DNA of 64,000 bases, from IMG/VR virus record IMGVR_UViG_3300008266_000014, positions 1 to 64,000 of that record. One strand, given 5' to 3'. The translations under genes and the position numbers were made by a program. The stretch is from a virus. Positions 54,576-64,000 of this stretch are shown in pieces. Below the pieces are notes generated by a model, which was given only the letters and a program-made list of their open reading frames with translations, had not been told where the DNA came from and searched no databases. The number at the start of each line of letters is the position of its first letter. Position 1 is the stretch's first letter.

Positions 54576-56250
54576 AAATGATAGTTATTTGGGTAATAAA
54601 AACCTAAAAAAGGTTGATGTTCCTATAGAATTCACCAAACAACAAATTCAAGAATATGTAAAGTGTGCAAGAGACTGCACATACTTTATTGAGAATTATG
54701 TTAAAATTATTAATGTTGATAGAGGTTTAATTCAGTTTAAACCTTATGAGTACCAAAAAGATATTGTAAAACTGTTTGAGAAAGAGCGTTTTGTAATATG
54801 CAAGATGCCTCGCCAGGTTGGAAAAACAACCATAGTTGTTGGGATTATTCTTCATCATGCTCTATTCAATGAGAATTATAGAATAGCAATTCTTGCTAAC
54901 AAAGAGAAGCAAGCACATGAGATTCTTGGGAGAATCCAGCTGGCCTATGAGCATCTACCAAGATGGCTTCAGCAAGGAATCAAAGAATGGAATAAAGGTA
55001 GTATTGAACTTGAAAATGGATCAATGATTCAGGCAGAAGCAACAGGATCATCTGCTATTCGTGGTACTTCTCAGAATCTAGTTTACCTTGATGAGTTTGC
55101 TTTTGTCCCAAACAATATTCAAGAAAGTTTCTTTTCTTCTGTCTACCCAACAATCTCTTCTGGTGAGACAACAAAAGTATTAATCACTTCAACACCCAAT
55201 GGTTTAAATCTATTTTACAAACTATGGGTTGATAGTGAGAATGAACGTAACTCGTATAAGAGAGTAGATGTTCACTGGTCGGATGTACCAGGTAGAGATG
55301 ATAAATGGAAAGAAGAGACTATAAGGAACACTTCTAAAGAACAGTTCCGTCAGGAGTTCGAATGTGAGTTTATTGGTTCTTCTAACACACTGATCTCCCC
55401 AGAAGTACTAAGAAGGCTTGTTTTTGAAACCCCTATACACTCAAATGATTTTCTAAAAGTATACTCAGAACCATCACAAGATAGATTGTACATGATGATT
55501 GTTGATGTGTCAAGAGGGTTGGGTGGCGACTATTCAGCCTTCATTATATGGGATATCACATCTGCACCGTATTCAGTTGCTGCGACGTATAGAAATAATA
55601 ACATATCAACGCTAGTATTTCCAGAAGTAATTTACACAAGTTGTAGAAAGTTTAACCACTGTTATGTATTGATAGAGACCAACGACTTGGGTCAACAGGT
55701 TGCAGATATACTTCATGAAGATCTTGAATATGAAAACATCATATACACTCAGAAGAATCCTAAAGGACTGACAGAAGTTTCACAGGGTTTCAGGCAGAAT
55801 TCTGTAAAGGGTGTAAGAACAACAAAGACGACGAAGAAGATTGGGTGTAACAACTTCAAAGCTCTTGTTGAAAATGATAAGGTCGTTCTTAAAGACATGG
55901 ATCTTATTTCTGAACTTTATAGATTTGTGAGTGATGGACAGAACTATTCTGCAGAAGAAGGCAATGACGATCTTGCCATGTGTGGAGTTTTGTTTGGATG
56001 GGTAATGACCCAGAATTTCATCAGGGAAATAACTAACCTTGATATTAGACAAAGAATATTAGTAGAGCAGCAGAGAGTCCTTGATGATGAGATGCTGCCG
56101 TTTGGTTTTGTGGAGGATGGGCAACCAGAACCTGAAGAGCTTCCACTAACGAAAGACATACTTCAGGAGCTCATGTTTCCTTCAGAAGATAAGCAAGAAC
56201 TTCATGAAAAATATGCTACTTTTGTTGAAAATAAACAATATTATAAATAG
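54568..56250 (+). CDS. 17: terminase large subunit gp17
   Basis: PRQVGKTT Walker A, YLDEFAF Walker B, STPNG, DVSRG, DDLAM. Confidence 0.97.
   Translation: MSKNDSYLGNKNLKKVDVPIEFTKQQIQEYVKCARDCTYFIENYVKIINVDRGLIQFKPYEYQKDIVKLFEKERFVICKMPRQVGKTTIVVGIILHHALFNENYRIAILANKEKQAHEILGRIQLAYEHLPRWLQQGIKEWNKGSIELENGSMIQAEATGSSAIRGTSQNLVYLDEFAFVPNNIQESFFSSVYPTISSGETTKVLITSTPNGLNLFYKLWVDSENERNSYKRVDVHWSDVPGRDDKWKEETIRNTSKEQFRQEFECEFIGSSNTLISPEVLRRLVFETPIHSNDFLKVYSEPSQDRLYMMIVDVSRGLGGDYSAFIIWDITSAPYSVAATYRNNNISTLVFPEVIYTSCRKFNHCYVLIETNDLGQQVADILHEDLEYENIIYTQKNPKGLTEVSQGFRQNSVKGVRTTKTTKKIGCNNFKALVENDKVVLKDMDLISELYRFVSDGQNYSAEEGNDDLAMCGVLFGWVMTQNFIREITNLDIRQRILVEQQRVLDDEMLPFGFVEDGQPEPEELPLTKDILQELMFPSEDKQELHEKYATFVENKQYYK
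56242..56249 (+). promoter_or_regulatory. T4-type late promoter for gp18
   Basis: Exact TATAAATA. Confidence 0.8.
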
Positions 56251-56280
56251 AAAGAAAACTCTTGTCCTTAGGAGAACAAA

Positions 56281-58353
56281 ATGGCATTTCAAGTTAGTCC
56301 AGGCGTAAATGTATCCGAAGTTGACCTAACTACCGTTATCCCAGCTGTTTCAACATCCGTTGGAGCTGTTGCTGGTGTATTTAGATGGGGTCCTGTTGGA
56401 AAAAGAACTTTAGTGAGTTCTGAAATCGATTTAGTATCCAGATTCGGAAAACCTACCAATTATAATTCAGAAACATTCTTCACAGCTGCAAACTTCTTAT
56501 CGTATGGTAACGCTCTTTACGTCGTAAGAGCTGCTAATACAACTGACTACTCCAATGGAGTGATTTCAGCTGTTGCTAATACAGGATCCGTTACAAACGC
56601 TCAAGTATTTGTTGTAAAAAACGATGACGTATATGAGTCTGTTAATACCGCAGTAGATACTGATGTTTTGTATATCGCAAGATATCCAGGTGAACTAGGA
56701 AACTCGTTGAAAATATCGGTTTGTGATAGCATCAACGCCTACAGCAAATCCGTTGACATTCAAAATGGTAACGCCAACCTCGAGTTTGGTTTTATTGAAG
56801 CTGTTGTCGGAAGCAATACAATTACGTTTGGTGTTGCTAATAGTGCTACGGGAACTTTAGCAGAAGCAAACACTAGAATGGTTGCTGTGTTGGCAGAATT
56901 AACTGTTGGTGATGTCGTTGAGGTTGGAAATAATTCTATAGGTAAGCAGTATTTGAAAATTACCTCACTACCAGCTTCAATAGGAACCAACTCCTCTTTT
57001 GCTAATTCGACATATAGATACTTCACTGCAAATGTTGATTCAGTTTATCAGCTTTCTACAGACTATGATAGCAATACATTCTCTAGATATTGGGAATACT
57101 TCAACAATGTAGATGGAGCTCCTGGCGTGTCTACTTTCCAATCTTCTCAGGGTAATTCTGCTGCTGTGGATGAGATTCACGTTGTTGTTGCTGATGAAGA
57201 TGGAAAAATCACAGGTGTATCTGGTACGGTACTTGAAGTTTATGCAGGTCTTTCTAGATCAACCGATGCTAAAACTTCTGACGGTTCCACCAATTACTAC
57301 AAGACTGTAGTAAACGATAATAGTAAGTATGTGTGGTGGGCCAATGACAGATCAACAGCTCCTTCCAACACAGCACTAAATGTTGCTAGTGTTGACACTA
57401 AACCTATCACAATCTCTTTCCAACTAGGTCAAGATGGTGATGGTGAAGATGTGGTAGCTATTGGTACAATCTTAGCGGGATATGATTCGTTTACTTCTGC
57501 TGAAGAGGTTGATATTTCTTTAGTAATGACTGGAAAATCAAGAGGGGGAGCTAATAGTGCCCAGATTGCTAATTACCTAGTAGACAATATTGCTGAGGTA
57601 AGAAAAGACTGTGTAGTGTTTGCTTCGCCAGACAAATCAGACGTTGTTAACAACAGCGCAGCAGATGAGGCTCAGGATATCGTTGATTTTAGAAACGGAG
57701 CTCGTGCTTCTTCGTATCTTGTGATTGACTCTGGTTACAAATATCAGTACGACAAGTATAATGATATTTTCCGTTGGGTTCCTTTAAACGGAGATATTGC
57801 TGGTTTGTGTGTTAGAACAGATTCAACAAGAGATCCTTGGTTCTCTCCAGCAGGATTTAATCGCGGGCAGATTAAGAATCTCGTGAAGCTAGCGTTCAAT
57901 CCTGACAAGGCAGAAAGAGATCTTCTATACAAAAACGATGTTAATCCTGTTGTAACATTCCCTGGTCAAGGTACGGTTCTGTTTGGAGATAAAACAGCAC
58001 TAGGCAAGCCAAGTGCTTTCGATAGAATTAACGTACGTAGACTATTCATTACCCTTGAAAAAGCTATTTCCACTGCAGCAAGATCCTCGCTATTTGAATT
58101 CAATGATGAATTCACAAGAGCTCAGTTTGTTGCTCTTGTAGAACCATTCTTACGCGATGTACAAGGTCGCAGAGGTATTTTGGATTATAGGGTTGTTTGC
58201 GATGAAACAAACAATACTGGCGATGTAATTGATAGGAATGAATTTGTCGGAGATATATACGTGAAGCCAGCAAAAGCTATCAACTTTATTCAACTCAACT
58301 TTGTTGCTGTTAGAACGGGTGTTGCGTTTGAAGAAGTTGTTGGTAGATTTTAA
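56281..58353 (+). CDS. 18: tail sheath protein gp18
   Basis: SPGV.V.EVDLT, WFSPAGFNRG, FDRINVRRLF. Confidence 0.97.
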   Translation: MAFQVSPGVNVSEVDLTTVIPAVSTSVGAVAGVFRWGPVGKRTLVSSEIDLVSRFGKPTNYNSETFFTAANFLSYGNALYVVRAANTTDYSNGVISAVANTGSVTNAQVFVVKNDDVYESVNTAVDTDVLYIARYPGELGNSLKISVCDSINAYSKSVDIQNGNANLEFGFIEAVVGSNTITFGVANSATGTLAEANTRMVAVLAELTVGDVVEVGNNSIGKQYLKITSLPASIGTNSSFANSTYRYFTANVDSVYQLSTDYDSNTFSRYWEYFNNVDGAPGVSTFQSSQGNSAAVDEIHVVVADEDGKITGVSGTVLEVYAGLSRSTDAKTSDGSTNYYKTVVNDNSKYVWWANDRSTAPSNTALNVASVDTKPITISFQLGQDGDGEDVVAIGTILAGYDSFTSAEEVDISLVMTGKSRGGANSAQIANYLVDNIAEVRKDCVVFASPDKSDVVNNSAADEAQDIVDFRNGARASSYLVIDSGYKYQYDKYNDIFRWVPLNGDIAGLCVRTDSTRDPWFSPAGFNRGQIKNLVKLAFNPDKAERDLLYKNDVNPVVTFPGQGTVLFGDKTALGKPSAFDRINVRRLFITLEKAISTAARSSLFEFNDEFTRAQFVALVEPFLRDVQGRRGILDYRVVCDETNNTGDVIDRNEFVGDIYVKPAKAINFIQLNFVAVRTGVAFEEVVGRF

Positions 58354-58369
58354 TCAAGGAGAAACATAA

Positions 58370-58879
58370 ATGGCTTTCAATATTAATGCATTTAAATCGG
58401 TAGTTAGTACTACCGATTTTGCAAGACCATCGTTATTTCAGGTATTCATTTCTACTCCACCAGGAGTTACTCCGCTAATTCCTTTCAGCCCATTTTTGGT
58501 TCGTTCAGCAAGCTTGCCAGCCTCTACAGTAGGACAGATTGCTATTCCATACGGTGGAAGAACAATCAAAATTGCAGGTGAAAGAACATATGGAGACTGG
58601 TCGACTACCGTTATGAATGATGAGGGATTTATCATCAGAAACGCAGTTGAACAATGGATTGATATTATCAACCAAAGAACAACTAACTTTAGAGCATTTC
58701 CTAGCGAGTACAAAGTTGATCTTACTGTATCACAATACTCTAAAAAAGGTCCTCCACTAAAGCTAATCAAACTTGTTGGATGTTTCCCAACAGCGGTTAG
58801 TGAAATTGGACTTGATTGGGGTACACCTGACGCGATTGAAGAATTTAGTATTACTTGGTCTTACGACTACTGGGAATGA
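58370..58879 (+). CDS. 19: tail tube protein gp19
   Basis: ARPSLF, ASLPAS.VG, GR.IKIAGERTY.DW, IEEF..TW.YDYW. Confidence 0.95.
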   Translation: MAFNINAFKSVVSTTDFARPSLFQVFISTPPGVTPLIPFSPFLVRSASLPASTVGQIAIPYGGRTIKIAGERTYGDWSTTVMNDEGFIIRNAVEQWIDIINQRTTNFRAFPSEYKVDLTVSQYSKKGPPLKLIKLVGCFPTAVSEIGLDWGTPDAIEEFSITWSYDYWE

Positions 58880-58883
58880 AATG

Positions 58884-58904
58884 AGAGGGGCTCTGCCCCT
58901 CTTC
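58884..58904 (+). terminator. GC-rich hairpin after gp19 (weak terminator or processing site)
   Basis: AGAGGGGC-TCT-GCCCCTCT with only a short T tail. Confidence 0.55.
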
Positions 58905-58919
58905 TAACAAGAGGATAAT

Positions 58920-60440
58920 ATGGCCAGTTTGTTTGGGTACGAGTTTAGAAAGCAGGTACCAGAAGAGGAACCAGTTTCTTTTGCACCACCGTCTAATGAT
59001 GACGGTGCTGTTGTTGTGGCTGCTGGTGGTGCTTATGGTACTTTTGTAGACTTAGAAGGTACTGCAAGAACAGAAGCAGAATTAGTAACAAGATATAGGG
59101 ATATGTCTCTTGTCGCTGATGTGGAGCGTGCAGTAGATGAGATTGTAAATGAATCTATTGTTACGGACGTACGACATGATACAGTTAAGATAAATCTTGA
59201 TAAATTAAACTATCCAGAAAACATTACAACTATTATAACTCAAGAGTTTGATAATATCAAAATGCTCTTGGATTTTGAAAATCAGGCATATGAAATTTTC
59301 AAAAAGTGGTATGTGGATGGAAGGTTGTACTACCATGCAATCATTGACGACGCTAATCCTCGTCTTGGTATTCGCGAACTAAGAAACATCGATCCTAGAA
59401 AGATCAGAAAAGTAAGAGAACAGAAAAAGAAAAGAGATCCTAAATCTCAAACTGTTCTCACACAAAATCAACGTGAGTATTTTATATACAATGAAAAAGG
59501 TTACAACGCGCAAGGAATTGGTAGTGGTGCAGTAGCTGCATCTACTACAGGAGTCAAAATTGCAAAGGACTCTATTGTTCACTGTGTGTCAGGTTTGATG
59601 GACAACAATGGCTCAATGGTGCTCTCTTATTTGCACAAAGCCATTAAACCTTTGAACCAGCTAAGAGTACTTGAAGATGCAACAGTAATTTACAGACTTT
59701 CAAGAGCTCCAGAAAGAAGAATATTTTATATTGACGTTGGCAATCTACCGAAGATGAAAGCCGAGCAATATCTTCGAGATATGATGATCCGTCATAAGAA
59801 TCGGCTAGTATATGACGCATCTACTGGTGAGGTGAGAGACGACAGAAAATTCATGACAATGCTGGAAGACTATTGGCTTCCTCGTCGTGAAGGTGGTAGA
59901 GGTACCGAGATTACAACTCTTCCAGGAGGAGAGAATCTAGGTAAGATTGAAGATGTGGAGTACTTCCAACAAAAACTATACCAATCTCTCAGCGTTCCAG
60001 TAACAAGACTTCAGTCTGAGCAAGTTTATTCTATTGGACGTGCAACAGAGATCACAAGAGACGAAGTTAAATTTAGTAAGTTTATTAAAAGACTCAGATC
60101 TCGCTTTTCAATGCTTTTTCTTAAGTGCCTTGAAAAACAATTAGTATTAAAAGGAGTGGTGACAACTGACGACTGGAAATTAATGTCTCAGTTTATTGAG
60201 TTTGACTTTGCAAGCGACGACTATTACGAAGAACTAAAAGAAACAGAAGTACTAACTACAAGAGTACAGGTTGCAAGCCAAATGGCTCCGTACATTGGAA
60301 AGTATTATTCGCACGACTGGGTTAGAAAACAGATCTTCAAACAGAATGATGAAGAGATGTCAGAGCAGGATTCTAGGATAAAAGATGAGTTAAAAAACAA
60401 TCTTTTATATCCTCCTCCACCAGAAGAGATTCAACAATAA
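58920..60440 (+). CDS. 20: portal protein gp20
   Basis: WYVDGR, YRLSRAPERRIFYIDVGNLPK.KAEQY, EDYWLPRREGGRGTEI. Confidence 0.97.
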   Translation: MASLFGYEFRKQVPEEEPVSFAPPSNDDGAVVVAAGGAYGTFVDLEGTARTEAELVTRYRDMSLVADVERAVDEIVNESIVTDVRHDTVKINLDKLNYPENITTIITQEFDNIKMLLDFENQAYEIFKKWYVDGRLYYHAIIDDANPRLGIRELRNIDPRKIRKVREQKKKRDPKSQTVLTQNQREYFIYNEKGYNAQGIGSGAVAASTTGVKIAKDSIVHCVSGLMDNNGSMVLSYLHKAIKPLNQLRVLEDATVIYRLSRAPERRIFYIDVGNLPKMKAEQYLRDMMIRHKNRLVYDASTGEVRDDRKFMTMLEDYWLPRREGGRGTEITTLPGGENLGKIEDVEYFQQKLYQSLSVPVTRLQSEQVYSIGRATEITRDEVKFSKFIKRLRSRFSMLFLKCLEKQLVLKGVVTTDDWKLMSQFIEFDFASDDYYEELKETEVLTTRVQVASQMAPYIGKYYSHDWVRKQIFKQNDEEMSEQDSRIKDELKNNLLYPPPPEEIQQ

Positions 60441-60449
60441 ATAGGAGAT

Positions 60450-60686
60450 ATGATGGAAGTCGAAACACAACAATATGAATTAAGTGATCTTGTGAAGCTT
60501 GCCTATGAGGATCAACCAGCTCAAATGCAGGATGTTTTTAATGAGCTGATGGGAAGTAGAGTTCAAAACTCTATCGGACAAAGAAAATACGAGATTGCAC
60601 AGAATTTTTTTAATTCTGCACAAGAAGTAGATGCAGATTACGAAGAACAAGAAGAAGAGGATTTAGTAGATGGCCAAAACTCTTAA
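60450..60686 (+). CDS. small acidic prohead-core-like protein
   Basis: Position after the portal gene; acidic C-terminus; AGGAG SD. Confidence 0.55.
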   Translation: MMEVETQQYELSDLVKLAYEDQPAQMQDVFNELMGSRVQNSIGQRKYEIAQNFFNSAQEVDADYEEQEEEDLVDGQNS

Positions 60687-61665
60687 ACAAATGCTGGAGG
60701 TATACGCTCCTAAGTCGAAAGACGAGAAGCGTTTTAAAGACAAGCACGTTGTCGCTAAGTACAAGCTGGATGAGCCTTCAAAGGACGATAAAGTTTTCAC
60801 TGGAAGTAATGTGAAAGAAGTTGACAGAGAAAACACTCGTCATGGGTATAAGACCGGTAATGATGAAAAAGTCTATGAGCAACACGATTACACAGATGGT
60901 AAGATTGGTACTGTAGAAGTTATCCATCCAAAAGCCATTGTCGTAAGCCATGCAGGAAAAGGCAAGTACAAAGTTCACAAGGTTGGCAAAGAGTTTAGTG
61001 ACGGTATCAAAGTTGGAGAGCATCTGACTGACTCTGAACTCGATGATGCTACAGAAATGGGTGCTAAGATCTATAACAGAAATACTCAGACCAAAACAAA
61101 AATCAAAGAAGAAGCTCTTGACGAGAAGAAACTTACTCCAGCTGAAATGAAGAAGCGTGAGCAAGTAGCAAAAGCTCTCAAGCGTGAAAATCCTAATATG
61201 CCAATGGCCAAGAAAATGGCAATCGCTACTGCTACAGCAAAACGTGTTGCTGAAGAAGATCTTCACGAGAGCGAAGACTCACATAAGGCGTTTCAGGATC
61301 ATCATAATAAAGCTGCAAAGACAATCAAAGATATCACAAAGACACTTTCAGATCACTACAATACTGTAACAAATAAGAACCAGTATAATAAAGGTGAAGC
61401 TCAGTGGCATCATGTTAGTGCAATTAAAAACATCAACAGACAACTAGAAGATTTGCAGCAGGTGGTTGCTCAGGAAGTTGATTATAGCAAACCACCAAAG
61501 CCACTTAAAGAAGGTATTCAACTTGACGACGAAGGTCTTGAACTACTGAACATTGTGTACGACAGTCTCACAGACGAGAACAAAGTAGTGCTAGAAGATA
61601 TTATCGAAAACAATCCAGACCAATTGGTTGAGTTCCTTGATCAGCTGGAGGTGGATAATGGCTAG
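60670..61665 (+). CDS. charged head-associated/internal protein
   Basis: Lys/Glu-rich; lies between the portal and gp21 genes. Confidence 0.55.
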   Translation: MAKTLKQMLEVYAPKSKDEKRFKDKHVVAKYKLDEPSKDDKVFTGSNVKEVDRENTRHGYKTGNDEKVYEQHDYTDGKIGTVEVIHPKAIVVSHAGKGKYKVHKVGKEFSDGIKVGEHLTDSELDDATEMGAKIYNRNTQTKTKIKEEALDEKKLTPAEMKKREQVAKALKRENPNMPMAKKMAIATATAKRVAEEDLHESEDSHKAFQDHHNKAAKTIKDITKTLSDHYNTVTNKNQYNKGEAQWHHVSAIKNINRQLEDLQQVVAQEVDYSKPPKPLKEGIQLDDEGLELLNIVYDSLTDENKVVLEDIIENNPDQLVEFLDQLEVDNG

Positions 61666-61999
61666 AGTTCTTTCTAATCAGCTAGGTGGTAAATATGTTG
61701 TGCAGTGTACTGCCAACGATACAATTCAAGTTGCCTCTGCAAACGCTACTGCAAGTGAAACAGTAACTGGTCTAACTATCAATCAAGTGTGGTTCGGATT
61801 AGATTCTGGGTACTGGAAGATCAGCAGGGGAGCAAACACTCTCGTCATTTCAGACACAACTGGATACCTGGACTTTTCAGGTGCTGGTCAAGCACTGACT
61901 CTCGATTCAGCTGCAAATGTAGTTGTTAACTGCACAACTGCCAACTGCACACTAATCATAGATTTCACCAAGCAATCCTCATTCACTAGCGAGTACTAA
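61658..61999 (+). CDS. hypothetical virion protein
   Basis: GGAGG SD before ATG 61658; MARVLSNQLGG... Confidence 0.65.
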   Translation: MARVLSNQLGGKYVVQCTANDTIQVASANATASETVTGLTINQVWFGLDSGYWKISRGANTLVISDTTGYLDFSGAGQALTLDSAANVVVNCTTANCTLIIDFTKQSSFTSEY

Positions 62000-62000
62000 G

Positions 62001-62648
62001 ATGAAGTTAATTAGCGAAGTATATGAAAAGGTAAATTTCCTTATAGAAGAAAAGGAAGGTAAGAAGAACTTCTTCATCGAAGGTATCTTCATGGTTTCTG
62101 AAAAAGGCAATAAGAATAATAGAGTCTACAGAAAACATATTTTGGATAGAGAAGTTGAGAGATACAATAGAGAATATATTAAAGAAAACAGAGCATTTGG
62201 AGAATTAGGCCATCCACAAGGTCCTAACATCAATCTCGAGAGAACAGCTATTCTTATCAAGTCTTTAGTTAGCGAGGGAAATAACTTTATTGGCAAGGCC
62301 AAGGTTATGGAAACTCCTTATGGAAATATTGTAAAAAATATTATTATGGAAGGAGGAACTGTTGGTGTTTCTTCAAGAGGCATGGGTTCACTAAAGATGA
62401 ATGACAGCGGCTTAAACGAAGTTCAAGACGACTTCTATCTTGCAACAGCAGCAGATGTTGTTGCCGATCCTTCTGCTCCAGGCGCATTCGTGCGAGGAAT
62501 CATGGAAGGTGTTGAGTGGGTATGGGATAACGGAGTTCTTAAACCTCAGCAAGTAGAAGAAATGAAACAAACAATTCAGAAGGCATCAAGTAGAAACCTA
62601 GAAGAGGCCCAGCTTAAAGTCTTCAAGCAATTCATCAATTCACTGTAA
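62001..62648 (+). CDS. 21: prohead protease gp21
   Basis: IEGIF, N.RVY, GELGHP, GVSSRGMGS, DVVADPSAPGAFV. Confidence 0.96.
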   Translation: MKLISEVYEKVNFLIEEKEGKKNFFIEGIFMVSEKGNKNNRVYRKHILDREVERYNREYIKENRAFGELGHPQGPNINLERTAILIKSLVSEGNNFIGKAKVMETPYGNIVKNIIMEGGTVGVSSRGMGSLKMNDSGLNEVQDDFYLATAADVVADPSAPGAFVRGIMEGVEWVWDNGVLKPQQVEEMKQTIQKASSRNLEEAQLKVFKQFINSL

Positions 62649-62658
62649 ATCTCAATTA

Positions 62659-62666
62659 TATAAATA
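62659..62666 (+). promoter_or_regulatory. T4-type late promoter for gp22
   Basis: Exact TATAAATA. Confidence 0.8.
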
Positions 62667-62692
62667 ATAAAGATACTTTAAGGAGTAAACAA

Positions 62693-63679
62693 ATGGCAAC
62701 AAAACAACAACTAGATGAATTACAAGTGGGTGGTGGTGCTACTGGTGTCTCAATGGTTCCAGATGCTGGCACTAAGAAAACCACTTTGCCTAATTCTAAA
62801 AGTCAAGGTGACATGGCATCTCAGAAACTTGCTGGTGATCAAGAAGAAACAGATCCAGCAAATAACACAAAGCCAACTGGTGATATGTCTGCTCAAAATG
62901 CAGCTACTATCGCAACTAAACCTAGCGCAGCAGGTGCAAGCATGAAAGAACACATCGACGCAATGTTTAATGGTGAAGATCTCTCAGAAGACTTCAGACA
63001 AAAAGCATCAACAATCTTCGAAGCAGCTGTCCAGGCTCGCATTGCTGAAGAGTTGGTCTCTATTGAAGAGCAGTACGAACAAAAACTAGAAGAAGCTGTT
63101 TCTGAAATCGCTTCTGAGCTAACTGCTAAACTAGATGACTATCTAGATTACTGTGTTGAGCAGTGGATGGCAGAAAATGAAGTTGCTATCGAAGCTTCGC
63201 TAAGATCAGAAATCACAGAAGAGTTCATGGACGGTCTAAAGAACCTCTTTGCTGAAAACTATATTGAGATCCCAGAAGACAAGCTAGATGTTCTAGAGCA
63301 ATTGACTGCTAAAGTCGAAGAGCTAGAGAACAAACTCAACAGCTCGATCTCTGAGAATATCGAACTCAACAAAACAATCGACGAATACACAAAGCAAGAA
63401 ATCTTCGACAACGTTGCTGAGGGTCTAGCTCTTACCCAGGTAGAGAAGCTACGCCAGCTAGCAGAGGGTATTGATTTTGATGGTATGCAATCGTATCAGA
63501 AGAAGTTGGTCCTCGTCAAGGAAAACTATTTCCCAAGCCAGTCTCCTAAAGCTGCTGCAGCTAAAGAAGAAGATGATGCTATCGGAAACAATGATCTAGC
63601 AGAAGACACCCAGATCACTTTCCAGGATCAGTCAGTTAAGCGCTATTTCTCGGCTATTTCGCGCACAACAAAAGTATAA
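62693..63679 (+). CDS. 22: prohead scaffold gp22
   Basis: LSEDF..KA.TIFEAAV, DDYL.Y.VEQWM.ENE.A, KENYF. Confidence 0.93.
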   Translation: MATKQQLDELQVGGGATGVSMVPDAGTKKTTLPNSKSQGDMASQKLAGDQEETDPANNTKPTGDMSAQNAATIATKPSAAGASMKEHIDAMFNGEDLSEDFRQKASTIFEAAVQARIAEELVSIEEQYEQKLEEAVSEIASELTAKLDDYLDYCVEQWMAENEVAIEASLRSEITEEFMDGLKNLFAENYIEIPEDKLDVLEQLTAKVEELENKLNSSISENIELNKTIDEYTKQEIFDNVAEGLALTQVEKLRQLAEGIDFDGMQSYQKKLVLVKENYFPSQSPKAAAAKEEDDAIGNNDLAEDTQITFQDQSVKRYFSAISRTTKV

Positions 63680-63682
63680 ATA
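63675..63682 (+). promoter_or_regulatory. T4-type late promoter for gp23
   Basis: Exact TATAAATA. Confidence 0.8.
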
Positions 63683-63719
63683 AGAAGAATTATTATCAAC
63701 CCCGTAAGGAGAAGTAAAA

Positions 63720-64000
63720 ATGATGTTAGCTGAAGAACTACAATCCAAATGGGATCCAATTCTGTCTCATCCAGATTTGGCTCCTATCAAGGATGCACAT
63801 CGTCGTGGTGTTACCGCTGTTGTTCTAGAGAACACAGAGAAAGCACTTCGCGAAGCCAATCAGTATGTCCCACAAACACTTACTGAAGCCCCTACTAACG
63901 TAACCGGTGCTGACATTGACACTTTCGACCCAGTTTTGATTAGCTTGGTTCGTCGTGCAATGCCTAACCTAATCGCTTATGATATCTGCGGTGTCCAGCC
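63720..64000 (+). CDS. 23: major capsid protein gp23 (5' part, truncated by the window)
   Basis: MMLAEELQSKWDPIL...FDPVLISLVRRAMPNLIAYDICGVQP; TAAGGAG SD. Confidence 0.95.
   Translation, partial: MMLAEELQSKWDPILSHPDLAPIKDAHRRGVTAVVLENTEKALREANQYVPQTLTEAPTNVTGADIDTFDPVLISLVRRAMPNLIAYDICGVQ

Noticed and set aside
19268-62953. Numerous minus-strand ORFs of 60-160 aa within structural genes
   Set aside because: Antisense shadows of biased codon usage in well-supported plus-strand genes
1-64000. CRISPR array, stop-codon recoding, introns or inteins in core genes
   Set aside because: No regularly spaced repeats seen; TAA, TAG and TGA all end conserved genes at the expected positions; gp17, gp18, gp20 and gp32 are uninterrupted

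Overview
Segment of a large T4-like myophage genome using the standard genetic code. PqqA and tmRNA tag sequences suggest a betaproteobacterial host (inference). 1-9.3 kb is an accessory region: several 2OG-Fe(II) oxygenases, a GIY-YIG protein, an LMW phosphatase, a HAD nucleotidase, DUF932, rubrerythrin, a BFD-like ferredoxin and a SleB-type hydrolase. It also holds elements missed by the ORF track: an entericidin-like lipoprotein, a PqqA precursor peptide, a DUF2061 protein, a circularly permuted two-piece tmRNA and an upstream tRNA-like cloverleaf. 9.3-11.2 kb holds gp33, gp59 and gp32. 11.2-16.3 kb is a minus-strand block: tape-measure/lysozyme-like protein, gp51, gp26, gp54-like, gp2 and gp4. 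16.3-64 kb is the virion module: baseplate, an expanded fibre region, neck, terminase, sheath, tube, portal, prohead protease, scaffold and the start of gp23. Best leads: (1) a stand-alone phage pqqA inside an iron/redox mini-island; (2) the permuted two-piece tmRNA with a neighbouring cloverleaf RNA; (3) a probable lambda G/GT-type -1 frameshift joining gp26 to a start-less gp51 just upstream of the tape-measure-like gene; (4) strong enrichment of N-X-S/T sequons in outer virion proteins, a possible signature of virion N-glycosylation; (5) an AUA start codon for gp14. All family assignments come from motif recognition and synteny, not database searches.
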